Source of the DNA: Eledone cirrhosa
Taxonomy: Eukaryota
Direction of reading: 5' to 3'
Length of the DNA stretch: 64,000 bases
Assembly (NCBI GenBank): GCA_964016885.1
Contig: OZ024746.1
Span: 20,770,001 to 20,834,000 of the forward strand
Shown here: positions 12,989-24,765 of the stretch, one piece after another
Numbering within the stretch: the first letter of the stretch is position 1
How the letters are laid out: every line of letters starts with the position of its first letter
Made by a program: the position numbers and the translations under genes
Notes under the pieces: generated by a model
What the model saw: only the letters and a program-made list of their open reading frames with translations
The model's database searches: none
What the model was told of the DNA's origin: nothing

Positions 12989-13647
12989 CAGTTTAGGTAT
13001 GATACATTTTATTACTAATTATATCTAAATGTTTCTTCTCTCTTCATAATGTAATTTTAACTCTGATACTGGTTCAGTCTGGTTCAACCGGATTGGTCTG
13101 TCCCAGTCATTCATTGAGCAACATCGGTGAGGTTGGCACCCTTAACTCACGGTTGGGTGTGGATGCATTCATGTATATGTGTGTGTCCGCATGTATCTGT
13201 GTGTTTCTAAATATATTGTTAATAACTCCCTCTGGTTGAGTAATCTTTGAAGTGTGGTGACTGCTGGAAAGCTGCCATTACTCATACTTCTCGCCTCCTT
13301 CACCACCTCTTCTACGGCTTCGATATGAATACCCCTCCGCCTCTGTGGTATTTTCTTCGGGGTTATAAGAGGCTTAGCTCTGTTTCTCGACCGTTATATC
13401 GCGTGACTATCTCCCCCTCCGCCTTTTGGGATTCTTTCTCACGTCGTGTAGACGCGTTCTTGAGACTAGTAAAATGAGGTATCCTCTTGATAAGTCGGCA
13501 GACCTCGCAGGGACTCTATATCTTTATGATGTATTGTTTTTGTTTATGCCACGAAACTACGTAGTCGAGGAATCTAGGAGCAGTTTAGGTATGATACATT
13601 TTATTACTAATTATATCTAAATGTTTCTTCTCTCTTCATAATGTAAT
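12987..13647 (+). mobile_element. Non-coding hammerhead element (family H) with 69-bp terminal direct repeats; non-autonomous PLE or retrozyme-like
   Basis: 12987-13055 equals 13579-13647 (unit 592 bp). Hammerhead at 13482-13571. (TA)n on both sides. No credible ORF. Confidence 0.75.
13482..13571 (+). ncRNA. Type I hammerhead ribozyme, U3:A8 variant core
   Basis: TCCTC-TTGATAA-GTCGGCA...TGCCAC-GAA-AC-TACGTA-GT-C-GAGGA. Perfect 5-bp stem I, palindromic loop III, GUC triplet. Confidence 0.82.
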
Positions 13648-13670
13648 ATATATATATATATATATATATA

Positions 13671-13894
13671 TAGGAACGAGTAGGACCCCGACGGCTGAGC
13701 TCAAGCCGTTTCGACGGCTAATTCTGGACTAAATTCTGGACTAAAGATGAAATCAAAAGTCCAGAATTAGCCGTTGAAACGGCTTGAGCTCAGCCGTCGG
13801 GGTTCTACTCGTTCCTATTACCCACTCTACTACCCTAAGTATTGAGTACTTTGGTGTGTTATGGTCCACCTGGTTCCTTACCATATTTCCTTCG

Positions 13895-13896
<2 letters not shown>
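13671..13896 (+). mobile_element. Fold-back PLE insertion (family E) in (TA)n
   Basis: Arms about 13671-13742 and 13757-13818. Hammerhead 3' half GAAAC-GGC-TTGAGCTCA-GCC-GTC. Tail 13819-13896. Confidence 0.85.
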
Positions 13897-13957
<61 letters not shown>

Positions 13958-13963
<6 letters not shown>

Positions 13964-14344
13964 ATGATATTAAATAAATGGAAACTATATTTATAAAACC
14001 ATATTTATTTTATTATATATATTTCAAGGGTAATCAAGACAACATTGGTACGCTTTCATCAGATAAAATACAAAGTTTGTTTTATAAATAGAGACATACC
14101 CAAGAAAATCATACCTTATCGGTTGGAAATTCACTGGATAGTATTTGTATTTTATCTGATGAAAGCGTACCAATGTTGTCTTGGTTACCCTTGAAATATA
14201 TATAATAAATTAAATATGGTTTTATAAATATAGTTTCCATTTATTTAATATCATTGAATATTTACTCAAGTAACTTGTTGAGTGCTCTAAATCAGTTATA
14301 AACATTTATGTTTGTCGGACTTCCAACAAATTAAATACCACTTC

Positions 14345-14348
<4 letters not shown>
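13958..14348 (+). mobile_element. Fold-back PLE insertion (family G) with hammerheads in both arms
   Basis: Arms about 13962-14075 and 14143-14256. TTTAT-CTGATGA-AAGCGTACCAA...TTGGTTACCCTT-GAA-AT-ATAT-AT-A-ATAAA at 14151-14209. Tail to 14348. A short arm copy lies at 12806-12863. Confidence 0.85.
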
Positions 14349-14374
<26 letters not shown>

Positions 14375-14379
<5 letters not shown>

Positions 14380-14726
14380 AAAAAAAGATGAAATCAAAAA
14401 TGCAACTGGAGTCTTATTTTTCAAAAAATATATATATTTATTTGGATCCTTTACCGGTTTCGCAGTTCTTCTGCTTTTCAAAAGTGGAGTTGAGATGGAG
14501 GGTCTGTGGTTTTTCTCAGATCCAGATGTGAGAAAAACCACAGACCCTCCATCTCAACTCTACTTTTGAGAAGCAGAAGAACTGCGAAACCGGTAAAGGA
14601 ACCAAATAAATATATATATTTTTTGAAAAATAAGACTCCAGTTGCATTTTCGATTACATCTTTTTTTCTTTATACTTTCACTCGTGTAGGACACCTCGGT
14701 TATTTTTTATTTTGTAAAAAAACCTC

Positions 14727-14735
<9 letters not shown>
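14375..14735 (+). mobile_element. Fold-back PLE insertion (family F) with U3:A8 hammerheads
   Basis: Arms about 14375-14518 and 14529-14674. CTT-TTGAGAA-GCAG-AAGAA-CTGC-GAAAC-CG-GTA-AAG at 14563-14598. Second copy at 28963-29300 (-). Confidence 0.85.
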
Positions 14736-14796
<61 letters not shown>

Positions 14797-14831
14797 GTGA
14801 GGAATCACACGAGTTAGGATATATATATATA

Positions 14832-15392
14832 TGAAAACAGGGAGAAAGAGACGATTATGAGGAAGAAAAAAATATTTTTTTCCTTTTTTCTTTCTCTCTG
14901 TCCACCATTTGCCTCCATCACAGAACCATGGTTCAACTAAGCACTCTTGCTATATTAATACATTTTGATCTGCTTAACTTCAATGACTGTGGTTGTAAAT
15001 AACATTATTTTTTCTTCCACATTGACTTTTTACATTCCACATTATGCACATTTTTTTTCCTGTTTCTTTTTTCTTTTTACTTCTTAAACCTTGTTTGTAA
15101 ATAACATTATTATTTCTGCACCTTCTGTTTAACGTGCGACACCACACTAATACATTTCACTATCATTTGATAATGCATATAAATGCTGAAACCGGTAATA
15201 GACAATAATTAAATAGATAAATAGATAAATAAATGCCATTGTTAAATAATACATAAATCAACTAATACCTTAACACTTCACACAAAGTAAAACATTTCGT
15301 TTTAATCATTTTCTAACCCAGAAAAAAGAGAGAGAGAAACACAAATGGAAAAAAAAAATTTTTCTTCCTCATAATCGTCTCTTTCTCCCTGT

Positions 15393-15397
<5 letters not shown>
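14832..15397 (+). mobile_element. PLE insertion (family D) with inverted termini and U3:A8 hammerhead
   Basis: 14832-14898 is inverted relative to 15330-15397. TTGATAA-TGCAT-ATAA-ATGCT-GAAAC-CG-GTA at 15167-15197. Confidence 0.7.
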
Positions 15398-15453
<56 letters not shown>

Positions 15454-15468
15454 TATATATATAAATAA

Positions 15469-15583
<115 letters not shown>

Positions 15584-15628
15584 TATATATATATATATAT
15601 AAATAAATATATATATATATATATATAA

Positions 15629-15685
<57 letters not shown>

Positions 15686-16336
15686 TATAAATATATATAT
15701 ACATATATATATATTATTCGAAATAATTCATTTTCAACTTTCTTGGGAGACGAAATGAAGATATTTATGTATGTATTGTCGTATATTTTCTTTAATGATT
15801 TCAAGTCCCAATCTAATTTTCTTATTTTTAATAATAAAAGCGAACGTTCGCTGAAACCAATATTTCTTTCAAGATTACAACAAACCAATAACTGACAGCT
15901 GGATATAGTATTTTACGAACTGATTGAACTCTTTTAGTGATTGATGGTTCTTTTAGCAGTAACAGTTGCATGTAATAGTTTCTCGTCTGTGATGTATTTG
16001 TGTGGAACATTGTATTAGTATTGAACTTTTATCGATAAATTATTTCATTCCCAACTGTTTTTGTCTCCCAACTTTGGAGATGTTTGTCGACAGAAATATA
16101 TTTACTGTAATAAAGATGTCAATCTAAATGTTATGTAATCAATAGAATTCTCTACAGCACAAGCGAGAAATTGGCATCTAAAGCAGAAAGGAATTTAAAA
16201 AAAAAGTTTTAGTCTTAATCAATTTTTGAAGCTACAGCTTCTAGCAAACCGGAGGATTGCTATTATCGATTCTCTCTCAGATTAGAATTTATAAAAAGCT
16301 ACAGATCATCACAGGCGTCATGACAGATGCACATAA

Positions 16337-16374
<38 letters not shown>

Positions 16375-16468
16375 AAGAAACATATAAAAATATACTCCCA
16401 CCACCATATCAATTAATGTATGTCGACAGTTAAACTTGTAGGTAATGGTGTATTGTAAAATATGTTTC

Positions 16469-16539
<71 letters not shown>

Positions 16540-16546
<7 letters not shown>

Positions 16547-16780
16547 TATTCGTTTTAAGCACTCAACGTCAGGGTTATTTCTTCTAAATATGATTTGTCA
16601 GTGAGTGACATCTAAATAATATGTAAAACGTACCCAGAAATAGCAAAGCGGACGACACAGTACAATGAAGCAATATATAATATAATGCTTGAAATAGCAG
16701 GAAAAGGGTCTTAACATTTCAGACACTAGTCCCTAGTCCTTCAACAGAAGATAGATGAGAAATAAAAGATTAAATAGAAA
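16540..16780 (-). mobile_element. PLE 3' fragment (family P) with decayed hammerhead and tail
   Basis: Reverse complement aligns with 2105-2215. Tail has ACTC...GAGTGCT. Flanked by (TA)n. Confidence 0.65.
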
Positions 16781-16788
16781 GATAAAGA

Positions 16789-16865
<77 letters not shown>

Positions 16866-16879
16866 TATATATATATATA

Positions 16880-19800
16880 TTACTACTATCTACCTCTCTC
16901 CTCACCCGTCCCACCCTCACCACACCCTGCCATTATTACCACCACCACTGTTCTTCTAGCCCTGAATTCTCCTACCGTTATGTATGGATGAGCTGAGAAT
17001 AAATGGAGCAACCCCGAATTAATAAATGAAAATGAATATGAATTCGCGAGCTACCAAGCACCCACGTGAAGCTTTAAATCAGAGACAGGAAGCACACACA
17101 CACCCCTGCTAAAATCGACATTTTCCCACGAATGTTGACAAATGCCCAAAACTCCGAGTTGGTACCATCAATGTAAGCACAATGAAAGGAAGAGCAGGAG
17201 AAATCGTAGAGATGCTAGGGCGAAAGGAAATTGATGTATGCTGTGTGCAAGAGACTAGATGGAGAGGAGAGTCTGCTAGAGTCCTTGTAGGAAAAAGTCA
17301 GTGCTACAAATTTTGCTGGGTGGGAAATGACGATGGGATGAGTGGTATAGGTATCCTACTAGCTGACAAGTGGGTAGATAAGGTAATCTCAGTGAACAGG
17401 GTGAATGCAAGAATCATTAAACTCAGACTAGTCCTGAATAAAACAATTACCACAATAATATCAGCTTACGCACCCAAATCGGGGTCGCCAGACGAACTTA
17501 AGGATAGGTTTTACGAGTCCCTAATGTACACTACTGCTCTAACAAACAATGACTTCCTAATCATTGCAGGAGATTTTAACGGACACGTAGGTAAACACCG
17601 TGACGGCTTCTATAGAGCCCATGGAGGCCATGAGGTTGGCACAAGAAATGAAGAAGGATTCAGGCTTCTAGAATTCTGCGACGCCAATGACATGTCGATA
17701 TGTAACACAAACTTAAAAAAACCCGACAACCACCTGATCACCTATAGATTAGGGCAGCATTCTAGTCAGATAGATTTTATCCTCATCAGGGGACGTGACA
17801 GATGGACTGTCGTAAACACAAAAGCCTTCCCTAGTGAGGAATGTACCTCCCAACATAGCTTAGTTGTCAGCGACCTCACGGCCAGAACTAGACGAACCTC
17901 GAAACAGAAGCCAACCTGGAGAAGAAAGATCTGGAAGCTGAAAGACCCCTCAGCCTGTAACAGATTTAAAGATATTTTACTCAACGCCCATGACAGTAAA
18001 GAAGAACAGATATAGACATTCAATGTAGAAGAGCACTGGGAGTTCCTAAAAAATAACTTACTAAAGGCGACAGATGAGATCTGTGGCTGGAGTAAGACCA
18101 CAGGCAGGAGGAGAGTGACTTGGTGATGGAACAATAAGACAGATGAGGCAGTTAAGGCCAAGAGACAGGCATGGAAAGAATGGAAGAACGGGGGAAGAAG
18201 AGGGAAGCTAGGCGACAAGTATACTTAGCTAGGAGGGAAACAGAGGATAGAAAATTCAAGCAAGTTTTGAAACGTGAGGACCAGAAACAGGAGGTGTTCA
18301 AGATTGCGAGGCAGTGTGTCAGAGAGAATTGTGATGTCATTGGAGAGAAATGTATACGGAATGATAAAGGTGAGCTTGCCCTCACAAGTGCTGAGAAGAA
18401 AGATGCATGGAAGAGTCATTATGATAGATTACTAAATGAGGAGAATGCATGGGAAGAAGAGACCCTACTCCAAGTAGACCCTATAGAGGGGCCAGCAGTA
18501 CAAGTCAGCAGCAGCGTAGTAAGTAAGGCAATCAAAGATATGACGACGAGGAAGGCAACCGGTTCATCGGGTATAGCTGCCGAGATGCTGAAGGCATCTG
18601 GGTCGGTAGGTCACACTATAACCACACGTATTGTTAACCAGGTAATACTAGAAGGTGTCATACCAAAGGATTGGTACAGTAGCATCATTGTCAACTGCTA
18701 TAAAGGTAAAGGCGATGCACTAGATAGAGGTAACTATAGAGGTATAAAGCTGATGGACCAGGTCATGAAAGTAACAGAAAGAGTTATAGCACAGTTGATT
18801 AGGGACCGGGTGAAATTAGATGAGATGCAATTTGGGTTTGTGCCAGGAAGAGGAACCACTGATGCCCTCTTCCTTGTGAGGCAGTTACAGGAAAAGTACC
18901 TAGGTAAAAGTAAGTCACTCTACCTGGCATTCATCGATCTCGAGAAAGCCTTTGACAGAGTTCCACGTGCTATAATTTGGTGGGCTCTTAGAAAACTAGG
19001 AGTAGATGAATGGCTTGTGAAAGCTGTACAAGCCATGTATAGGGGAGCAGGCAGCAAAGTTAGGATTAGCAATGAGTATAGCGAGGAATTTAGCGTACAA
19101 GTCGGTGTCCACCAGGGCTCTGTTCTTAGCCCTATCCTGTTAATCATAGTCCTGCAGGCAATAACGGAGGAGTTTAAGACCGGATACCCATGGGAACTCC
19201 TGTATGCAGATGACCTTGCACTTTTATCTGAATGTATGGTAGAACTAGAGAAGAAATTCCAAACTTGGAAGCAGGGACTAGAAAGAAAGGGTCTCAAAGT
19301 CAACCTGACAAAGACTAAGGTCCTTGTAAGTAGACGAGAAAACAGAACTCAGATCCCCCCAGGGAAATGGCCTTGCTCAGTATGTAGGAAAGGTGTAGGT
19401 AGGAACTCCATTCTCTGCCCCAAATGCAAACAAGGGGTACACAAGGGATGTAGCGGGATCTCAGGAAGCTTAACTAAGAATGTAGGCTTCACATGTAGCA
19501 GCTGTGTTGGGACAGCAAGCAGCAAACAGCCACAGGAAACAAGTACCACCAAACTCTGGGAGGGCCCTGTAGAAACAGTAGACAGCTTCTCCTACCTAGG
19601 TGACCGGATTAGCAGCGGAGGTGGGTATTCGGAAAGTACAATAACTAGGGTAAGAACGGGATGGAAGAAGTTCAGGAAGCTACTACCACTGCTAGCTGCA
19701 AAAGGCTTTTCCCTCAAAATCAAAGGCAGACTGTATGATGCGTGTATACGAACAGCAATGTTACATAGTAGTGAGACCTGGGCACTGTCTGTGGAAGACT

Positions 19801-20481
19801 TGCGTAGATTAGAAAGAAACGAAGCCTGCATGTTCCGATGGATGTGTAATAGTAATAAACGCGAACGGCAAAGCATAAATGAATTGAGAGAGAGACTGAG
19901 CATAAGAGGAATCAAATGCTGTGTGCAGGAGAGGCGGTTGCGTTGGTATGGACATGTGATGCGTATGAAGGATGACAGCTGCATAAAAAGGTGCAGAGCA
20001 GTAGAAGTCGATGGAAACCGCGGAGTGGGGAGACCCAAGAAGACCTGGGATGAGATGATAGAAGCCGACCTTACCCAATTACACCTCTCAAAGGCGATAA
20101 CACACGACCGTGACCTCTGGCGTCACGCAGTAATACAGAAGACCTGACCCCCACAGGTACAAGCCGAAGCTGAAGCATATAGACAATATGCCCCCACACC
20201 CTCCCACTGCAAAGTGGTCGTGGAGGTGCCACGGCAAAAAAAGCACCCAGCCCACATTGTAAAGTGGACGTGTAGGCGCCACGGAAAAAAGCATCCAGCA
20301 CTCACTGTAAATGAAGTTGGTGTTAGGAAGGGCATCCAGCTGTAGAAATCAAGCCAGAATCAGTTCCCGTGTGAGCAAGACAAAGTCAGCCGACCGGACA
20401 CTGCCCAACAAGACAACCCGTCTAACCCATGCTAGGGTGGAAGAATGGACGTAAAACAGTGATGATGATGATGATGATGAT
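16880..20481 (+). mobile_element. RTE-clade LINE, near full length, inactivated
   Basis: APE domain (VQETRW, GDFNGH, QIDFIL, SQHSLV) at 17150-18015. RT (QFGF, FIDLEKAFD, QGSVLSP, YADD) at 18171-20147. (GAT)n 3' tail at 20460-20481. The 5' boundary is approximate. Confidence 0.95.
17182..20147 (+). pseudogene. Disrupted RTE ORF (APE endonuclease, RT, PHD-like finger)
   Basis: In-frame TAG at 18013-18015 and TGA at 18124-18126, then a frameshift/deletion near 18200 joins the two listed ORFs. Confidence 0.9.
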
Positions 20482-20544
20482 ATAAATATATATATATATA
20501 AATATATATAAATAAATATAAATGGCCTTTAATCTGTTATTTTA

Positions 20545-20621
<77 letters not shown>

Positions 20622-20625
<4 letters not shown>

Positions 20626-20792
20626 AAGTTATATTTAAAATTGTTGGGTTACAACTAGTAAATATTTATAACTGATATAAAAGCACTCGACAAATACTTG
20701 GAGTATATTTACAATATTAAATAAATGGAAAACTATATTTATATTTATGAAATAAATATGGTTTTATAAATATAGTTTTCCATTTATTTAAT

Positions 20793-20798
<6 letters not shown>
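20622..20798 (-). mobile_element. Fold-back PLE insertion (family G-related) in (TA)n
   Basis: Arms about 20710-20742 and 20765-20798. Tail 20622-20709 with ACTC-CAA-GTAT-TTG-TC-GAGT (minus strand). Confidence 0.75.
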
Positions 20799-20823
<25 letters not shown>

Positions 20824-21159
20824 ACTTGAGACTACTGTAGACAAATACATATGTTCATTGAAGTATACGACAAAGGATGATTAATGCACAAAAAATGCGT
20901 GAAGGTATTTTAAACAGCAAATTTAATATTTTGTCTAAGTCCAAAACAGCTGATTTCTGTGGTAATTAATCGGTATAGCGGCAGACAATTGATTTAAACA
21001 TATACACCCATAAACACCAGCAGATATTGTTAAAAGGAAGTAAAAAAATAATGATAGTTGCTTTTCTTTACTTACCAGACTACAGTTCATGTTACAACAC
21101 AATCTATTATATATTCATTACTAACTTCGAAGATATATCTGATATATATATATATATAT

Positions 21160-21570
21160 AAAGTATGTCCATAGAATCATTTGATAATATATAAACACAA
21201 TTTCTTCTCCCAATTAGCATAATTAACCACATAAAAAATCAATTAGACCAGGCTATAAGAATAAAAGCTTCTATGAAGAAATATTTGATAAATAAACTAC
21301 AGCAGCCTCTTCGCGGCCGACCGCAATAGAATATTTACCCAACATTTCAACAGCACGTAGAAATCGACTAAATATACCGTCAACAATACACAATTAGGTA
21401 TAAAATTAAAGTTAGAAGAGGCTGCTGTCGTTTATTTATCAAATATTTCTTCATAGAAGCCTTTATTCTTATAGCCTGGTCTAATTGATTTTTTATGTGG
21501 TTAATTATGCTAACTGGGAGAAGAAATGGTCTATATATATTATCAAATGATTCTATGGACATACTTTATG
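21160..21570. mobile_element. Inverted pair of family B PLE 3' ends
   Basis: About 21161-21311 is the reverse complement of 21416-21567. Both match 4478-4625 and 22015-22165. Confidence 0.8.
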
Positions 21571-21574
21571 ATAT

Positions 21575-22163
21575 ATTGCTCTGATTATTTAATTTATTAA
21601 TTCTTCAGTGAGCCACATCGTGAATGGTTGCCACATATATATCTGTGACTTTGGCTGTATTGTGCTGCGCTTTCTAGCAAAAAGCCACCAGCCGTAAGCA
21701 ACTAACCACATTCCTTCTAACCTGACCGCTGCTACGTCACGATTCTTAGCCATTTTTGAATGTATTCTTGACGCGATCACTTTGGAAAATTTATTGTCTA
21801 AATTTGAGCTAACTTCCTGAAGAGTCCGGTGCTCTAGGTGTCCGAAGCTATCGGATATCTTAAAATGCGGACGAAACCATGGTAGAGGTAACTAAATATG
21901 TTCACTTTTCTCCTAGTTTATTTGACACCTAATTCTGTTTAATTGACTGTATATCTGGGCGATTCATACACGCTGTCGAAATACTCGATAAATATTCCGT
22001 CGCAGCCGACGCGAAGGGCTGATTTCGGTTATTTGTCGGAGATTTCTTCATAGAAGCCTTTATTCTTATAGCTTGGTCTAATCGATTTTTTATATGGTTA
22101 ATTATGCTAATTGGGAGAGGAAATGGTATATATTTTATCTGGTGATTCTATAGACATGTTTTA

Positions 22164-22166
<3 letters not shown>
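21575..22166 (+). mobile_element. PLE 3' fragment (family B) with hammerhead at 21812-21889
   Basis: ACTTC-CTGAAGA-GTCCG...CGGAC-GAA-AC-CATG-GT-A-GAGGT. Ends in (TA)n. Confidence 0.82.
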
Positions 22167-22215
<49 letters not shown>

Positions 22216-22219
<4 letters not shown>

Positions 22220-22563
22220 GAAAGGTATAGAAAGTATTGTAGCAAGAAGCCAACAGTATTCCATAATATATAAGTGACTATAGCGTCAAAATGGGAAAAT
22301 AGTTAACGTAAGATGTGGGAAAAATAATTCAAACTCAATTCAAAAAGAATCAGGATATAGATTTATCCAACAGAATTTAGTGAAATCCAGGGAAAAATCA
22401 ATAGAGCCTTAACTCATGATAAAATAAAATAAAGTTTAAAATACGCATCCTTCAATTTGGGACAACTACAAATGCTTTGTATAGTCTTGAAAAGACTATT
22501 TCCCGAAAACTTTCAGTGGAGATGGTCACGGTTGGAATTCGATCCTCATCAGAGCTCAACACG
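22216..22563 (-). mobile_element. PLE-like fragment with decayed hammerhead in (TA)n
   Basis: Minus strand CTGATGA-GGA...TCC-ACT-GAAA near 22510-22552. Its end matches 29375-29399. Confidence 0.45.
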
Positions 22564-22591
22564 ATATATATATATACATATATATCCAGGG

Positions 22592-22674
<83 letters not shown>

Positions 22675-22891
22675 GATGGACACATGTGCTGAGCTCGCTC
22701 GGTAAGTTTTTGTTTAAATTCATACGGAAATTGTAAACTGTAAACTTTCATTTTTGTACCATTTTGTAGAGGGACTGCCAGGTCAAATTTTGATCTGGTC
22801 GGTCTCTCAAAATATTCTGCGCCTTTGGGCGAAATAGTATTGTGAACATTTTATCTTTCGAAAAACTTCGAAAAACCCTATTTTGAGAAAA

Positions 22892-23065
22892 ATGGCTGAA
22901 GCATCTTCACCATCAATCAAAGAAGGAAAGGGGAAGTCATACTCACAGCTTCCCCCTGCCACTGTCACAGCAGCAGATGCCAAAGGCAGAGGTCAGAGAG
23001 AGGAAGAATTGTCTTCACCTGTTGACCGACCACTAGATGTAGCCACAACTACACAAGATTTTGAA

Positions 23066-23096
<31 letters not shown>

Positions 23097-24710
23097 GCAA
23101 CAATAAAGACAACAAAAACAACAACAACACAAACGTCACAAGTATCCACACACGAAACGAGAAAGACAACAACAACAACAAAGATGAAAACAACTCAAAC
23201 GACGAGAAACAAAACAATACTAATATCCAAAACGAAAACAAAATATCTTTTGCACAAACGGCTAAATTATCAGTCGCTTATGTGCTGGAAGATATTTCAA
23301 AAGCAAAAGAAATGCTGGAAAAAGCCAAGAAATATGTGTCTTTTGGCGAAAACGGTTCGTTTTCTATACATTCACCTCCGGAGCTAAAAAGACAGACGGA
23401 ATTACGAACTGTCGTATTCCGAACAATTTAAAATAAAACAAAGAAACCAGCGCAACCATCTCAAGCGGAAATTCAGTTAGTCTTGAAAGACGCGATGAGA
23501 GACATCACTTTTATACAAAAGGATAAACTCTATGGGAGTTTATCCATATTGATGAAAGACGAATTGGCGGCAAAAAAATACTCTGTGTCGCCAATTCGGT
23601 CCACACACTACACCTTCTTCCCCACCTACATGGGTAAAAAAACCCAGAGGATATGGATAACCACCATCACCCCAAACATAAACTACTGGTGGTTACTAAC
23701 CGGTTTCCTCAATTTAGACGAGGACAACCTCATTTCAATAGGGAAGGCATCCGGCGACGCGTTCAGTGGAACGAGCCTCGAAGTTCTGACCCAAATAAGG
23801 CCAGAACGCATCGCCCAAATCCCTGAGCGCGTCATGCTGGATGACCGTACCCACCTCAACATTATTGTGGAGAGTAGGCGTCCCTCCTGTTACCTCTGTG
23901 GCAATAGAGGTCACCTGAGGGCTGCCTGTCCCCAGCTCACACAGAAAAAAACACTGCTACCAACACCAACACCACCCCAACTACAACAACAAAAACAACC
24001 ACAACAACAACAAAAACCAACAACCCCACCACCACCACCACAACAACAACAACAACAAACACGTGAAAAAATAACACAGAATACTGTCCCACCCAATCCC
24101 TCCCCACCCAAAACAAATACAAAAACACGCACACCGCAAACACTACCAGAAAACATACCCCTCCCACCCAACAAGGAAGACGAACCTCTTTCGTCGCAAG
24201 ACGAAAAAGATCCCTTCCAACAAGTAAAAAGAAAGAAGAGGAGACGCACCACAGACACACATGTTAACTTTAACCCCCCCCCAAGAGAACACAAACTACA
24301 CACAAACCACCCCTCCCTGTCACACAACACTAATTGCTACACAAAAAAAGACCTTACAATACACATACATGAACACAGACAACAAAGAATTACGGAAAAC
24401 AATTTCAGCAAACCCTTCGGTCCAAACTGAAGGGCCAAACTTTATAACTGCTGTGGGACTACCTCATTTGAAAATGATAAAAGTCCCAATGCACTTGTAC
24501 AAAACACTGAAAATAAATTTCACGGAGGACGTGGGTCCCCCCCTGCGCCAAACCAATCAACCGCGTCCTCCTAAAAAATTTCACCCCCCCACCCCACCCA
24601 GACACCCACTCAACGACAAACACCCCAACCCCACAACACACCGATGCCCCTACACTTCCACAAACCACCACCCCACCCAACAACCCATCCCCAACCAGCA
24701 TGGAAATTGA
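22892..24710 (+). pseudogene. Tx1 ORF1 (gag-like, zinc knuckle), disrupted
   Basis: ORFs 22883-23431 and 23483-24430 are in one frame, split by TAA at 23429-23431. CYLCGNRGHLRAAC knuckle, FQQVKRKKRRR basic motif, probable frameshift into 24261-24710. Confidence 0.8.
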
Positions 24711-24765
24711 GCGGCCCGTTTCCCGGGACGCAGAGAGGTAAGTGCCTTTTCTCTTTACCACCAAC

